Source: Armatimonadota bacterium (lineage in GTDB: Bacteria > Armatimonadota > Fimbriimonadia > Fimbriimonadales > Fimbriimonadaceae). Taken from it: a stretch of DNA of 64,000 nucleotides. How positions within the stretch are numbered: position 1 is the first letter of the stretch; every line of letters starts with the position of its first letter. The translations under genes were made by a program, and so were the position numbers. The stretch covers positions 26,266 through 90,265 of the forward strand of contig JAKOXK010000069.1 of NCBI GenBank assembly GCA_029781035.1, in the 5' to 3' direction. Shown here piece by piece: positions 56,895 through 64,000 of the stretch. The notes under the pieces are model-generated. The model was not told the origin of the DNA. It worked only from the letters and a program-made list of their open reading frames with translations, and ran no database searches.

Positions 56895-57556
56895 GGATCG
56901 ATTCAGGATGGGAAGAGACGGTCGCCACACTCAAGGGAACACTGGAGGCGATGCATCAAACGAGGGAGCAGGCACTCAAGCAGTGCCGCGCCTTGATCCA
57001 GACTTCGGCCAAGTGCATCCGCCACGTCCATCGGCGGCAGTTTGACGAAGCTTGGGAGTTGTTGGCCAAGGCAAGGACCATGGCGGCCGAGGCGAGAGAA
57101 TCGCTCAATGAGCATCCAGAACTCCTCTACGCCGGCTATCTTCAAGACGCCGAAAAGGAGCTCGTCGAGGCTGCAGCCTTGTTGACATGGGTCGACCCCC
57201 AATCGATGACGGAGGGGCAGGACCATGCACCGAGCCTCCAGGAGCTCAATGTTGGAGCGGTCTCCTATTTGAACGGCATTGGCGAGGCGGCTTCAGAGTG
57301 TCGCCGCTATGTGCTTGACGAACTTCGCAAAGGCAATCTGACTGATGCGGAACGGTTGCTCCTCCAAATGGAGACCATCTACGACGACCTCATCACTTTC
57401 GACTATCCTGACGCACTTACCGGAGGGCTCCGCCGGACTTGCGACGCACTGCGAGCGGTCATTGAGCGCACCAGGTCGGACCTCACGATGACCCGGGTGC
57501 AGAGCGACCTTATGGACGAACTGCGGAAAGCCCAGAGCCACCGAGTGATCCTCTAG
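56891..57556 (+). CDS. Translin/TRAX-like family protein (putative nucleic-acid-binding or nuclease)
   Basis: All-helical 221-aa protein. YAGYLQDAEKELVEAAALL and YLNGIGEAASECRRYVLDEL fit the translin-family pattern from memory. ATGA overlap with the radC stop. Confidence 0.55.
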   Translation: MRIDSGWEETVATLKGTLEAMHQTREQALKQCRALIQTSAKCIRHVHRRQFDEAWELLAKARTMAAEARESLNEHPELLYAGYLQDAEKELVEAAALLTWVDPQSMTEGQDHAPSLQELNVGAVSYLNGIGEAASECRRYVLDELRKGNLTDAERLLLQMETIYDDLITFDYPDALTGGLRRTCDALRAVIERTRSDLTMTRVQSDLMDELRKAQSHRVIL

Positions 57557-57689
57557 CGCCTTCGCCCGGTTTCGCCCTGCCTGAAAGGCCCGCTCGACCC
57601 AGGTTGGAGTTTTCCATGGGAGAAGAGCGCAGAATTGTGGAACACAGCAACTAGGCGCCGCCTTTTGCCCGAACGGGACAACAGGCTCC

Positions 57690-58316
57690 ATGGGGGACGG
57701 AACCGGGATGCGAGAATACAAACACGTTGGCGAACTGCTGATCGAGTCTGGACTGGTCACGCCTGACCAACTAGAACACGCCCTTCAGCTCAAGCAGGAC
57801 AAACGGATCAGGGTGGGCGAAGCCCTTATTGAACTGGGCTATACCACCGAGGCTCGGATCACCGAGTGCCTGGCCCAACAATACGGATACGACGTTGTTG
57901 ATCCCCGAAAGCTCAGACCTGAAGCCGCCGCGCTTGAGATCGTTGAGCCAATGACGGCGCTGTCACAACTGGTTCTGCCGTGGCAGATCAGGGAAGGTCA
58001 CGTGTACTGCGTCATCGCCGACCCGCTCGACATCCCGACCACGGACGCAATTGTGCGCGCCTCCAAGGGCCAGGTCGTATTCAGCCTGGCGACGCCGTCG
58101 GAGCTCTTCGAAGCCGTCGCCAAAGCTTACGGTATCGGTCCAAAAAGGATGAGCACCCCGGCTGCGAGCGAGGAGGAGAAACCCCAGCCCAAACGGGCCA
58201 AGTCAGCGGCCCCCAGGGCCAAGAGGCATATCAAGGTCAAGCCCCAGACGGATCGTGCGGCGCTGCTTGATGCCTTGGATGCGACCCTGTCAGCAAGGGA
58301 CGGAGGAAAAGCGTGA
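57690..58316 (+). CDS. Stand-alone T2SSE_N / MshEN-type domain protein (predicted c-di-GMP receptor)
   Basis: Two tandem 24-residue MshEN-like motifs separated by 5 residues: HVGELLIESGLVTPDQLEHALQLK and RVGEALIELGYTTEARITECLAQQ. No ATPase domain. Basic C-terminal tail. Confidence 0.7.
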   Translation: MGDGTGMREYKHVGELLIESGLVTPDQLEHALQLKQDKRIRVGEALIELGYTTEARITECLAQQYGYDVVDPRKLRPEAAALEIVEPMTALSQLVLPWQIREGHVYCVIADPLDIPTTDAIVRASKGQVVFSLATPSELFEAVAKAYGIGPKRMSTPAASEEEKPQPKRAKSAAPRAKRHIKVKPQTDRAALLDALDATLSARDGGKA

Positions 58317-59071
58317 AGACTATTGCGGTGACAAGCGGTAAGGGAGGCGTCGGCAAGACTAGCCTCTCGGCAAACATCGGAGCAGCCTTGGCGGCCACGG
58401 GAGTCAGGACAATTGTGTTCGACGCCGACTTGGCCCTGGCCAACGTGGAACTGCTCATGGGAGCAGCGGCAGAACGTAATCTGATGCACGTCGTGGCTGA
58501 AGAGTGCTCGCTCGCCGAGGCCGTTTCGAAAGGTCCGAACGGCGTCGGGTACATCGCTGGCGGATCGGGGATCCCGACGCTGATGCGAAGTGGCCCCAAG
58601 CGGCTCGAACTCTTCTTTGAACAAGTCCGCGAGCTGGAATCAAGCACTGACGTCCTGATTTTCGACACCGCTGCTGGGCTCGAAAACCGGGTCTTGGCGT
58701 TCCTCAAAGCTGCCGATGAAGTCCTCTTGGTGGCCACTCCCGAACCCGCGAGCGTCATGGACGCCTATGCGACGGTCAAGACCGTATACCGGCACAAGCC
58801 CGATGCTGTCGTGAACGTCCTGGTGAACGCGGTCGTCGACCGCTACGAGGCTCAGTCCGTCTTCACGGTCCTTGAGCGGATCGTCAAGCAGTTCGTCCAT
58901 AAGGAGATCGAGTACCTGGGCTTCGTCCGGAAGGACGACGCCGTGGGCCGGTGTGCCCGCAACCGGTCGCTCTTTGTGGTCACGGAACCGAAGTCGCACG
59001 CCTCAGCGGACGCACGCTCGGTCGCCAAGCACATTGCTGGCCCAGGAGTCGGTTTCAAACTCGCCTGTTGA
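58313..59071 (+). CDS. MinD/ParA-superfamily ATPase (FlhG/YlxH-like)
   Basis: Deviant Walker A KTIAVTSGKGGVGKTSLSANIG. Strong SD (GGAGG) and a GTGA start/stop overlap with the upstream MshEN gene. Confidence 0.85.
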   Translation: MKTIAVTSGKGGVGKTSLSANIGAALAATGVRTIVFDADLALANVELLMGAAAERNLMHVVAEECSLAEAVSKGPNGVGYIAGGSGIPTLMRSGPKRLELFFEQVRELESSTDVLIFDTAAGLENRVLAFLKAADEVLLVATPEPASVMDAYATVKTVYRHKPDAVVNVLVNAVVDRYEAQSVFTVLERIVKQFVHKEIEYLGFVRKDDAVGRCARNRSLFVVTEPKSHASADARSVAKHIAGPGVGFKLAC

Positions 59072-59073
59072 TT

Positions 59074-60018
59074 TCAGGGAAGAGGCTCGCCTCGCGCTGC
59101 CACCAGAAGCCTGTACCAGTCCTCGCGGTCCAGTTCGAGTGAGTCCGCGCTGACAGCGTCCTTGATGTGGTCCGGGTTCGTCGATCCGATGATCGGGACG
59201 ATGCATGACGGGTGATGCATCAGCCAGGCCAGCGCAACCGCCGTGCGAGAGACGCTGTAGCGCTGGGCGAGTGTGTCAAGGACGGCACGGGTTTCGTTGA
59301 GCACGGCAAATCGCTTGTGATCCGATGACAACTCGGATCCCGAGCCGAAGACACCGCCGCCAAGGGGACTCCAGGAGAGAGGAGTCATGGACCATTCGAG
59401 GCACTGGTCCAAGGTGCCGTCGGTCAGACAGTCAAGCTTCCCGAGGTGGACTTCAACCTGGTTGACGACAAGAGGCTCTTCCAGGTGGGACTGGAGCGTG
59501 CGGACGAAGCTTGGGCTGAAGTTACTGACACCGAATGTGCGGACCTTTCCAGCTTCGTACAGTTCGGTGAAGGCATCTGCCACTTCGAGCGGGTTCATGA
59601 GTAAGTCGGGCCGGTGAAGCTGGTACACGTCGATCGTCTCGATCCCCAGCCGCGTCAAGGATGCGTCGCAAGACTTGACGATGTGGTCCGCGCTGAAGTC
59701 GTACCGGTGGGGTGAGTCGGGCCTGGGTTCACCCGGAAACCGGATACCGCACTTGGTGGCGATGACGATGTCGTCCCTCATGCCGGGAACTTCGCGCATG
59801 ACTTCGCCATGGATCGCCTCGCACTCGCCGTGGCAGTAGATGTCCGCGTGGTCGAAGAGGGAATATCCCGCTTCATAAGCTGCGATCACCGCTTTCTTCC
59901 CTTTGTCGCGCATATCGGGAGTGATCTTCGCTGGCTCCCACGTGCCTGCAAGCCGCATGCATCCGTAAGCCAGCCTTGTCGTGACCAGTTCACTCTGTCC
60001 GACCCTCTGCGTCCTCAC
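59074..60018 (-). CDS. Aldo/keto reductase (YdhF-like oxidoreductase)
   Basis: LAYGCMRLAG, LFDHADIYCHGECE and full-length AKR layout; 314 aa. Confidence 0.8.
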   Translation of the reverse strand: MRTQRVGQSELVTTRLAYGCMRLAGTWEPAKITPDMRDKGKKAVIAAYEAGYSLFDHADIYCHGECEAIHGEVMREVPGMRDDIVIATKCGIRFPGEPRPDSPHRYDFSADHIVKSCDASLTRLGIETIDVYQLHRPDLLMNPLEVADAFTELYEAGKVRTFGVSNFSPSFVRTLQSHLEEPLVVNQVEVHLGKLDCLTDGTLDQCLEWSMTPLSWSPLGGGVFGSGSELSSDHKRFAVLNETRAVLDTLAQRYSVSRTAVALAWLMHHPSCIVPIIGSTNPDHIKDAVSADSLELDREDWYRLLVAARGEPLP

Positions 60019-60116
60019 ATTGACATATTAGCCGCCTGAACTGTGCCCGGTGACGACCCGCAGCCGTCCCTTGGCCCCAAAGTTCGGAATCGCAACTCCT
60101 AGGTCACGAGTCCAAG

Positions 60117-60145
60117 TTGACAGCTAGTTCGCCTTGGGGTAGGAT
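60117..60145 (+). promoter_or_regulatory. Sigma-70-like promoter upstream of the response-regulator gene
   Basis: TTGACA (60117-60122), a 17-nt spacer, then TAGGAT (60140-60145), 35 nt upstream of ATG 60181. Confidence 0.45.
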
Positions 60146-60180
60146 GACTGCCGAGCCACCCGGTCTCAGGTGAACGCTTC

Positions 60181-60591
60181 ATGCCGCCCTTGAAGATTCT
60201 TGTCTGCGACGACGAACGCCATATTGTCCGACTCATCCAAGTCAACCTCGAAAAGCAAGGTTGGCAAGTGGTGACGGCGTACGACGGGAAAGAAGGGCTG
60301 GAGAAGATCCGGTCGGAAAAGCCCGACCTCTGCGTCCTTGACGTCATGATGCCGTACATGGACGGCTTCGAGGTTCTCAAGAGCCTTCGGAGGGAGCCAG
60401 ACACCGAGGGACTTCCGGTGATCATGCTGACGGCCAAGGCACAGGACAAGGACGTTTTCGAGGGCTACCACTACGGGGCCGATATGTATCTCACCAAGCC
60501 GTTCAACCCTGCGGAACTCGTCAGCTTTGTCAAGCGCATCGCGCAGGGCAGCAACGGCGACGGTGGTGGCCCCAAGCGATACGACCTTTAG
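60181..60591 (+). CDS. Single-domain response regulator (CheY-like receiver)
   Basis: KILVCDDERHIV...DLCVLDVMMPYMDGFEVL...PVIMLTAK: acidic pocket, phospho-acceptor Asp, and conserved T and K. Confidence 0.9.
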   Translation: MPPLKILVCDDERHIVRLIQVNLEKQGWQVVTAYDGKEGLEKIRSEKPDLCVLDVMMPYMDGFEVLKSLRREPDTEGLPVIMLTAKAQDKDVFEGYHYGADMYLTKPFNPAELVSFVKRIAQGSNGDGGGPKRYDL

Positions 60592-60634
60592 CGCCTTTCC
60601 GCAGGATTGGCACGTCGTTTGAAGGCGTAGGATC

Positions 60635-61015
60635 GTGAACATGTTCGAACTGACGAGGATCGTTGACCTCTATGCGCGGTCTGACGCCCCCTATGAGACC
60701 CCCGAGCTGTTGGCAAGGGCTTTCATACCCGTGTTTGTGGCCCTGGCCGTCTTCTACGTGGGGATGAAGCTGCAGTACAAGGGCAGCCCCGCCTGGATCA
60801 AATGGCTGGCCGTTCTCCCGCTCATCGTGGGGATTCTGCTCGGCATCGATCCGTTCAACAGTTATTTCATCGATCCGCTTTACCGGGATGTGTACGGCGG
60901 CGGCAACCGGCGGATGATCTTCCATGCGGCCGGCCTGATCGTCCCCGTGATCGGCGCGGCTGGGATGGCTTTTTGGAGCTGGTGGCTGAACCGCCAGAAG
61001 TTCGAAGACCTCTGA
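60635..61015 (+). CDS. Hypothetical small membrane protein
   Basis: Three hydrophobic helices. GTG 60635 or ATG 60641; the latter lies 7 nt after a TAGGAT hexamer. Confidence 0.45.
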   Translation: MNMFELTRIVDLYARSDAPYETPELLARAFIPVFVALAVFYVGMKLQYKGSPAWIKWLAVLPLIVGILLGIDPFNSYFIDPLYRDVYGGGNRRMIFHAAGLIVPVIGAAGMAFWSWWLNRQKFEDL

Positions 61016-61094
61016 CGAGCCGCCGGTTCTGGCACCTTCCTCCTGCTAAAATCGTCAGTCAGATTGGGCCGTGAACGTGCGGCAAAAGGACTCC

Positions 61095-62030
61095 ATGGCA
61101 CAAGTCGAGGCAACGTCGTTCCCCGCTGGCATTGGCATGACGACCACCCAAGCGCCCTTTATCGAGGACGCAAAGGCCCACGGCCGGCTCTACATCGAGC
61201 AACCGTATCAGCTGTATTCGGAACAGAACCACGAAGCGTGGAGGCGCCTGTACCACCGCATGCTGCCGCGATGGGAGAAGTACGCTAACGAGCACTTCCT
61301 CAAAGGGATCGCCAACCTGTGCCTTGATCCCAACAAGGTGCCCAAGCTCGAAGATGTCAACCAGTTTCTGTGCCCACTGACTGGTTTCAGGGCCAAAGCC
61401 GTCAGCGGCTACGTTCCCGCCTTTCAGTTCTTTGACTGCCTCAGGCAACGGGATTTTCCGACCACGATTACGATCCGTGACGCTTCCAAGCTCGATTACC
61501 TGCCTGAACCCGACATCTTCCACGACATTGCCGGCCATGTTCCGATGCACACCGACAAGGCGTTCGCCGACACGCTCGTCCGGTTCGGCGAGTGCGCGCG
61601 AACCGCGGCCGACATCGTGTCCCGGATCGGTGACGAAGAGGAGAAGATGCGTCGGCTCACGAGCATCATCAAGGCGATGGCACGGTTCTTCTGGTTCACC
61701 ATCGAGTTCGGACTGATGAAAGGCCCGAAAGTCGGCGAGTTCAAGGCCTACGGCAGTGGCCTTCTCAGCAGCTTTGGCGAGCTCGCTTACTCGATCGACT
61801 CGCCCGATGTCCAGCGCTATCCGGTCCAGATCGAGTGGGTTGTCAACCAGTACTTTGAGATTGACCACTACCAGCCGTTGCTCTTTGTGGTCGACTCCTT
61901 CGACCACCTCTTTTCACTCGTCGGAACGCTGGAGAAATGGATGAAGGACGGGCGCTTGAACAACGTCTCGCCCGGCGAACCGGGGGTCGGAGAGGAAGAC
62001 CTCAAGAGCTTTCTACACATCGACCTGTGA
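61095..62030 (+). CDS. phhA: Phenylalanine 4-hydroxylase (aromatic amino acid hydroxylase)
   Basis: Iron-ligand region PDIFHDIAGHVPMH, FFWFTIEFGL and KAYGSGLLSSFGE. ATG 61095 has an AAAGGA SD; the ORF-track GTG 61071 is also possible. Confidence 0.9.
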   Translation: MAQVEATSFPAGIGMTTTQAPFIEDAKAHGRLYIEQPYQLYSEQNHEAWRRLYHRMLPRWEKYANEHFLKGIANLCLDPNKVPKLEDVNQFLCPLTGFRAKAVSGYVPAFQFFDCLRQRDFPTTITIRDASKLDYLPEPDIFHDIAGHVPMHTDKAFADTLVRFGECARTAADIVSRIGDEEEKMRRLTSIIKAMARFFWFTIEFGLMKGPKVGEFKAYGSGLLSSFGELAYSIDSPDVQRYPVQIEWVVNQYFEIDHYQPLLFVVDSFDHLFSLVGTLEKWMKDGRLNNVSPGEPGVGEEDLKSFLHIDL

Positions 62031-62170
62031 CTCGAGACACCGTGTCTCGGGCATATGCCTCTTCTGAACTTAGACGCCCCATTCGGAGTAGGAATCAAGC
62101 AGTAGGGCTGCTGGATTCCCCAGTCAGCCTACTCCGCCGGAACTGGTTTTGAGGCGGAGAGGAGAGGTCA

Positions 62171-63355
62171 ATGGTATTCAGGTTCAAGTCGCTCGCCTTT
62201 CTGGCGATGGTCTCAATTTCAGTCATTTGCCAGGCGCAACCCGTGTCCGTTTGGAAGTGCGATGCCGTGGGAAGCCTATTTGTCGCCGACGAGATGGGAG
62301 CCTATCCCGGAACTCTCGGAGGTCTTGCCCAGATCGTCGAGGGCGGGATCTCAGGCGGGTGCCTGCACCTGACTCAAGCCACAGGCGACTACGTCACGAT
62401 GGGCTCCGCATTTCCTGGCTTTGCCACCGGCGACTACACGACGGTCGTTTGGGTCCGCACGCTCGGGACAGGCGACGTGTTCCCGGTCGCAAAGCACGAG
62501 TCTGGGACGACGGCCGGCTATCTGACCCTGATCGGGACGAGCGCTGGCGGCGCCTATGGTGCCGACGGCAAGGCCTGTACGTACAACGGTGGGTCGCCCG
62601 GGAACAGTCCCGTATCCATCACTTCGGTCAACGACGGGACATGGCATCAGATCGTCAGCTCGCGGTACGGATCGGACGGTCAGGTCTTTGTCGACGGAGC
62701 CCTCGAAGACACTCGACCTGCAGCCACGCCACGCGAGATCGGTGCGCCGTTCATGTTCGGCGCGATCAACGTTGGAGGTGCGCCCTGGCCCTCAATGACG
62801 GGAGACATCGATGAAGTGCAAGTCTATCCGTATGCCCTTGCTCCGTCCGAGGTGGCGTTCCTCTACTCCCACCCCGAAAAGGTCTTCAAAAGGGCGTCCC
62901 TTGACAGCTTGATCCTACGGTTGGGACGCTTGACTTCAGGAAACCTCGAAAGTTTGGAGGCGATCGACGGTGACTCACTCGTCGTCTGCAAGTTCATCGT
63001 GCCAAGCCAGCAGGCATTTCCTGTCACCTTCGAGGTCAAGGGGATCGTCTCCACCGTCACTCCCTCGTTCCTCCGATTCACGGTGAGGAGTCGGATGCTT
63101 GCTAGCGGACAGTTCGAGCAGGAACTCGTTATGTACGACTATGTCTCGAACGGGTGGGACAAGACGGACTTGACGACCGGTCCCCTAGGCACGACGACCA
63201 AGGACATGGAGGTCGTGGGTACCGGGAACCTGTCTCGATATGTCCATCCGAGCGGCCTCACGTGGGCGCGGGTTCGAGTCCACCAGACCGGGCCTTCGGC
63301 CATCACACAGTGGTGTTCTGAGTTCGACAGGGCTGGCTGGTACTACGCCCCATAG
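62171..63355 (+). CDS. LamG (Laminin_G_3-like) domain secreted protein
   Basis: Signal peptide MVFRFKSLAFLAMVSISVICQAQ. Contains DGTWHQIVSSRYGSDGQVFVDGAL...MTGDIDEVQVYPYALAPSEV. The C-terminal ~180 aa are unassigned. Confidence 0.7.
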   Translation: MVFRFKSLAFLAMVSISVICQAQPVSVWKCDAVGSLFVADEMGAYPGTLGGLAQIVEGGISGGCLHLTQATGDYVTMGSAFPGFATGDYTTVVWVRTLGTGDVFPVAKHESGTTAGYLTLIGTSAGGAYGADGKACTYNGGSPGNSPVSITSVNDGTWHQIVSSRYGSDGQVFVDGALEDTRPAATPREIGAPFMFGAINVGGAPWPSMTGDIDEVQVYPYALAPSEVAFLYSHPEKVFKRASLDSLILRLGRLTSGNLESLEAIDGDSLVVCKFIVPSQQAFPVTFEVKGIVSTVTPSFLRFTVRSRMLASGQFEQELVMYDYVSNGWDKTDLTTGPLGTTTKDMEVVGTGNLSRYVHPSGLTWARVRVHQTGPSAITQWCSEFDRAGWYYAP

Positions 63356-63365
63356 GCTCTCGACC

Positions 63366-63410
63366 GGGCGGCCCGTTCGTCTCATCGAGCCGCCCTCCTT
63401 GCATTCTTTA
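63366..63410 (+). terminator. Terminator-like hairpin after the LamG gene
   Basis: GGGCGGC-N16-GCCGCCC followed by the T-rich TCCTTGCATTCTTT. Confidence 0.4.
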
Positions 63411-63509
63411 CAGAAAAGTCAGTGTAGACTGTTCCATGGCAACACCCCAACAGCGACCGTCCGGTTCGCTGAGGGGGCCTGTGAGTCCACAAGATCAGGA
63501 AGGTAAGCC

Positions 63510-63881
63510 ATGAAGAAGAACGCTATTGTCGCAATCACCGTCGCCGTTTCAGCGATCGCACTCAGCGGTTGGGGCTTCGCTCAGGAAAATAAGGACGTCA
63601 AGAGCGTTTCAGGTGAGGTCGTCGACCTGAACTGCTATATGGCGAGCGGTGCACACGGTGCTGACCATAAAGCCTGCGGCGTGCACTGCGCTCAGGCTGG
63701 CAACCCGATCGGGATTCTCGACGCCAAGGGCCACGTGTATCTCCTCCTTGCAAGCGACCGGCACGACACCAAAGCCACCAACGATAAGCTCATTGACAAA
63801 ATGGCCGAGCAAGCGACTGTCTCTGGCAAACTCGTCAAACGCGGTGGGATGGACGCCGTCATCGTCGATTCGGTCAAGTAA
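63510..63881 (+). CDS. Hypothetical small secreted protein (three Cys, several His)
   Basis: Good SD (AGGAAGG) and signal peptide MKKNAIVAITVAVSAIALSGWGFAQ. The mature part contains NCYMASGAHGADHKACGVHCAQ. Confidence 0.55.
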   Translation: MKKNAIVAITVAVSAIALSGWGFAQENKDVKSVSGEVVDLNCYMASGAHGADHKACGVHCAQAGNPIGILDAKGHVYLLLASDRHDTKATNDKLIDKMAEQATVSGKLVKRGGMDAVIVDSVK

Positions 63882-64000
63882 CGCAGTCAAAGTTTGGCGC
63901 GGGAACCGTGCAGCCGGTCGTTCCGCGCTCCAGACGATTCACGCCCGAAGACGGTGCCCGATACTCCCAAGGACCGCAACCACGGATTCGGAAGCAGAGC

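Noticed and set aside
62149-62814. 221-aa plus-strand ORF overlapping the LamG gene
   Set aside because: Arg-rich out-of-frame shadow of 62171..63355, which itself has an SD, a signal peptide and LamG motifs.
63271-63281. tRNA T-loop-like GGTTCGAGTCC
   Set aside because: It lies inside the LamG CDS. The flanking bases (GCGGG / CCACC) cannot form a T-stem, and no acceptor or anticodon arms are present.

Overview
High-GC (about 60%) bacterial chromosomal segment, densely coding on both strands. All calls come from reading the sequence and ORF translations and from motif recall; no database search was run. The taxon cannot be fixed from the sequence alone.

Backbone is housekeeping: a glyQ 5' fragment at the left edge (missing from the ORF track), rpoZ-dnaJ-prmA-rsmE, rph-rdgB, yajQ, rho, hpt, queD, guaA, pdhA/pdhB, rplI, CIRCE-groES-groEL, rsmG, leuS, rluD, radC and phhA. 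Interspersed envelope or secreted proteins include two PEP-CTERM proteins, a BNR propeller, a lipoprotein cupredoxin, an MlaD/MCE protein and two LamG proteins. I recognised no rRNA, tRNA, CRISPR array, transposase or integrase.

Most unusual observations:
1. The 228-nt groES-groEL spacer is filled by two abutting arrays of 11-nt tandem repeats, and groEL has no Shine-Dalgarno.
2. Three collinear large secreted paralogs of unknown function (18987-21245, and a tandem pair at 50562-55264 downstream-linked to leuS). All share an STN-like N-terminal module, and one carries RGG/Q-rich low-complexity tracts.
3. A stand-alone MshEN-type (predicted c-di-GMP-binding) protein is translationally coupled to a MinD/FlhG-type ATPase, next to a coupled RadC/translin-like pair.
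4. An orphan-gene stretch (about 33.5-40 kb) holds two dispersed repeat families, a decayed gene 5' copy, five phased 21-nt iteron-like repeats, and a two-gene cassette of unknown proteins.
5. Smaller items: a probable frameshift at a T5 run, an HDOD gene wedged antisense between pdhA and pdhB, a (GGTT)17 linker, an acidic-tailed omega subunit, and possible leaderless starts.

None of these can be called a defined new system from sequence alone. Items 2, 3 and 4 are the best candidates.
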